DNA of 19,161 nt, the filler included, from an uncultured virus (IMG/VR IMGVR_UViG_2049941000_000847) (lineage: Duplodnaviria > Heunggongvirae > Uroviricota > Caudoviricetes). It is 2 parts of one record of this genome, joined end to end, with 100 filler letters (N's around TTAATTAATTAA, not from the genome) between each part and the next. Parts side by side here need not be neighbours in the genome. Positions count along the whole stretch, not along the records: positions 11,481 to 19,161 come from IMGVR_UViG_2049941000_000847; 1 more part is not named here. One strand, written 5' to 3'. The translations under genes were made by a program, and so were the position numbers. The notes under the pieces were generated by a model. It made no database searches, was not told the DNA's origin, and was given only the letters and a program-made list of their open reading frames with translations. Below are positions 16,690 through 19,161 of the stretch, piece by piece. The stretch's first letter is position 1, and every line of letters starts with the position of its first letter.

Positions 16690-17118
16690 ATGAACGTCGA
16701 GCTTTTCGATGCGATAAAGGAGCTTCAGAACTCCTACGAGTCTCTGATCGACGAGATCGCCACCGCGATCGAGCTTCGGAAAGGCATCGACATCGGTTCA
16801 AACCAATTCCTGACACCTGAAATCGTCCCGATCGGGAACTCGATCGATCTCTCCAACTTCCCAGAAGATTTCGCGGAAAGAATGGATGGGATCGGCGAGC
16901 TTCTCGGCGGGGATTTCAAGACGGCAGCGGAAAAGTTTCACGAACACGTGAAAGCGATCCGGGCGAAGAAACAAACCTTCGAGAGCGACAAGGAAATGAT
17001 CTCATTCATCCGAGAAGAACTGAACAAGACTCTGAGCAACCTTTTGAAGGGAATCGTCCTCTCCCTTCCGGAAAAAACCGTGGACACCGACGAGGACGGA
17101 AACCTTTTCATCATCTAG
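16690..17118 (+). CDS. Hypothetical protein (helical)
   Basis: AAGGAGG SD; 142 aa. Confidence 0.75.
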   Translation: MNVELFDAIKELQNSYESLIDEIATAIELRKGIDIGSNQFLTPEIVPIGNSIDLSNFPEDFAERMDGIGELLGGDFKTAAEKFHEHVKAIRAKKQTFESDKEMISFIREELNKTLSNLLKGIVLSLPEKTVDTDEDGNLFII

Positions 17119-17129
17119 GAGGCATCTAC

Positions 17130-18212
17130 ATGGAATGCAAAGACTTTCTCCCCAACGACACCTGCTGGAAGGGCGCCGAGACCATCAAGGCCGACGTCGA
17201 CAAGGACTGCACGAGCGCTTTCATCCACGCCACTCTCGGCAACAACCGCTTCTCCGATGAGCGGCTGCTCTACATGGCTGTCAATGGTCGCTTCGGGGTC
17301 CTGAATGCGGCCGTCACTCTCGCCATCGCCGCGAAGAGGGAACCCCGCGTCGGGAAGATCATCGAATGGATGATCGCCAGCCAGGTGTTCACGACCAAGG
17401 GTTATTGGGGTCGCCAGTACAAGGAGTACGTCTGCGACCTCGCCAAAGACGGCAAAACCATCGTCGAGGCGATCAAGCCGGGTCTCAAGTTCCTCTCGTC
17501 CAACGACTGGAACCGTATCATCGCCCGCGTCTTCAACTTCGTCGAGGGAGACGTCGGTGTCATCCGCAAGGTGCTTGCCTTGTTCGGCAAGGACATCGAA
17601 CGCGACCCCGATCCCGGAGCCGACGGCAAGACCTATGTGATCCCCGGGAAGTACGACCGGATGGGCGTCGTCTGTGTCGGCGGGTTCCTCATGATGAGCA
17701 AGGACCTGGTCGACGGCTGCAACTACGAGGAAGCCAAGGCCATCGAGGCCGAACTTCTCCCGTACGGCTGGCGGCTCCCGAGCAAGGACGAGGCCAAGAC
17801 CATCGAGGCGGCTCTCCCGCGCGACGGCGGTCTGTGCTACTCGGACAAGATCGAGGATCCCAAGTACGACCTGGCCATTGGTACGTACCAATTCGGGACC
17901 CGCGACTATGGAGAGACGCACAGCGGCTATCTTGACGAATACCTCTCCAGGGGGTCGGAGGTCAATGCGAAGGCGACCGCCAAGAAGCTGAAGCTGGATC
18001 CGCGGATCTACGACTTCTTCCCCCACGGGAACAAGTACACTCGCAGGTCCCGCAAGTATCTTGGCTGGTGCACGTGGACCCACAACGGATCCATCTTCTC
18101 CATTCCCCTCGGTTGCGAGAACAAGTGGATCGTGCCCGGCAGGAAGCACAAGGACAAGAAGATCAGCCTCCGGCTCATCCGAGATCCGGATCTGGTCGTC
18201 AAGGACATCTAA
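17130..18212 (+). CDS. Helical N-terminal domain + degenerate Fib_succ_major/CLec-fold-like domain
   Basis: AGGAGG SD. GVVCVGGFLMMSKDL, LLPYGWRLPSKDEA, and terminal SLRLIRD. Confidence 0.65.
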   Translation: MECKDFLPNDTCWKGAETIKADVDKDCTSAFIHATLGNNRFSDERLLYMAVNGRFGVLNAAVTLAIAAKREPRVGKIIEWMIASQVFTTKGYWGRQYKEYVCDLAKDGKTIVEAIKPGLKFLSSNDWNRIIARVFNFVEGDVGVIRKVLALFGKDIERDPDPGADGKTYVIPGKYDRMGVVCVGGFLMMSKDLVDGCNYEEAKAIEAELLPYGWRLPSKDEAKTIEAALPRDGGLCYSDKIEDPKYDLAIGTYQFGTRDYGETHSGYLDEYLSRGSEVNAKATAKKLKLDPRIYDFFPHGNKYTRRSRKYLGWCTWTHNGSIFSIPLGCENKWIVPGRKHKDKKISLRLIRDPDLVVKDI

Positions 18213-18280
18213 AAACCCAAACGGCGGCCGTCCGAACGGGCGGTCGCCTTTGAAACCCTCAATCGAAAGGAGATTTCGAC

Positions 18281-18483
18281 ATGGACAATACCAACATCAT
18301 CCTCAAATACGGCAAGCCCGTCGACTTCGGCAATTACCGTTCGAAGTACAGCTTCAACCGCGGCAAGGACGATGATCTCGAGAAGGCGATCAACGAAGAC
18401 AACTACGGGGTGTTCCGGGTCAAGGCTTCTCTTGCCGGCATCACGTGGCATCGCATCTGCGATCCCCACTCGATCTACTACCT
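18281..18483 (+). CDS. Paralog of 15432-16568, truncated by gap
   Basis: DLEKAINEDNYGVFRVKASLAGITWHRICDPHSIYY vs DLEKAISEDNYGAFRINAALAGITWHRICDPHSIYY. Same GAAAGGAGATTTC leader. Confidence 0.8.
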
Positions 18484-18513
18484 NNNNNNNNNNCCAAAAA
18501 GGAGATGGATGAA

Positions 18514-19161
18514 ATGAAAATCAAAACATTCGGTTATTTTTTCGCATTTATTTCGATTGTTATGCCAGTATTGTTTGCATCATGTGAATCAGAGGAAAGT
18601 TCTGAAATGCATACGAAATTTGAAAAAACAAAGCAATACGGCCTAACTTTCCACGAATACGACCTTTGCAAAAGAAATCACAATGAAAACCTAGACAGTT
18701 GCTTGGCAAGCTATGAAAAAGAACGCACGGTACGACGGGAAAAAGTAATATCCTACGGCATAACCTATTATGATTACGACCTTTGCAAAAGAAACCTCAA
18801 TGAAAACCTAGACCGCCTAAACGATTGCTTGGTGGCTCGTGCAGTAGCGAAGGAATGTCGGGACAGCGTGAATTATGATTCTGTTGCGGTAACATACGAT
18901 TACTGTTTCGAAAAATGTAATAGAACGTATAAGGCTGCGGCAGTTCTCGTTACAAATATTGACAGGAAAGAATATAATGAACGTCTGATAAAAAGACGAG
19001 ATTCTTGTGATAGAGAATGCGGAAAAAAGATCACAAATGCCGTGAATGAGATTCTGAAGATGTGCGATGATGTCTGGTTCTATAGATTCTTCCCAGAAGC
19101 CCGGACATGGTCAACGGCAGCTGCACAAGAAGCACCAGACGATGGGTATGTACCAGATTAG
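18514..19161 (+). CDS. Cys-rich predicted lipoprotein with internal tandem repeat
   Basis: AAGGAG SD. Signal MKIKTFGYFFAFISIVMPVLFAS-C. Repeat YGLTFHEYDLCKRNHNENLD / YGITYYDYDLCKRNLNENLD. Confidence 0.7.
   Translation: MKIKTFGYFFAFISIVMPVLFASCESEESSEMHTKFEKTKQYGLTFHEYDLCKRNHNENLDSCLASYEKERTVRREKVISYGITYYDYDLCKRNLNENLDRLNDCLVARAVAKECRDSVNYDSVAVTYDYCFEKCNRTYKAAAVLVTNIDRKEYNERLIKRRDSCDRECGKKITNAVNEILKMCDDVWFYRFFPEARTWSTAAAQEAPDDGYVPD

Noticed and set aside
8862..18149. Long antisense/overlapping ORFs (8862-9905, 9635-10660, 11727-12815, 13250-14056, 15414-16661, 15448-16263, 17115-18149)
   Set aside because: These are shadows of GC3-rich real genes, with no recognisable motifs or SD sites.
11790..18483. 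Diversity-generating retroelement acting on Fib_succ_major-like genes
   Set aside because: No reverse transcriptase and no TR/VR pair at the C-termini in this window. The repeat shared between these genes is N-terminal and not adenine-specific.
1..19161. CRISPR array or IS/transposase
   Set aside because: No regularly spaced short repeats and no transposase motifs were seen.

Overview
Gappy metagenomic scaffold from a large T4-like (contractile-tailed) phage. It consists of two pieces joined by an artificial N44-TTAATTAATTAA-N44 linker (11381-11480), so adjacency across the linker is not biological. Left piece, + strand: a baseplate/tube-junction-like gene and a T4 gp13-like neck gene run straight into an AT-richer cluster of glycan-modifying enzymes. 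These are two Stealth-like phosphotransferases, GT-A and GT8 fragments, and a ~932-aa multidomain protein with DUF616-like and TupA-like ATP-grasp domains, with a convergent SAM methyltransferase. Left piece, minus strand: tmRNA (tag ATDTYAMAA), a gp45-like sliding clamp and an M16 peptidase. Most striking, four genes of the glycan cluster start with the same gapless ~62-aa CxxC-x21-CxxC module (one copy truncated), fused to unrelated catalytic domains. A TATAAAC motif precedes the neck gene and three cluster genes. Together this suggests a late-expressed, module-targeted phage glycosylation system (inference). Right piece: short, strongly SD-led genes, including three Fib_succ_major-like proteins, a DUF4314-like protein, a possible bL33-like mini-protein and a lipoprotein, hinting at a Fibrobacterota host. 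All family assignments are by-eye motif recognition, not database searches.
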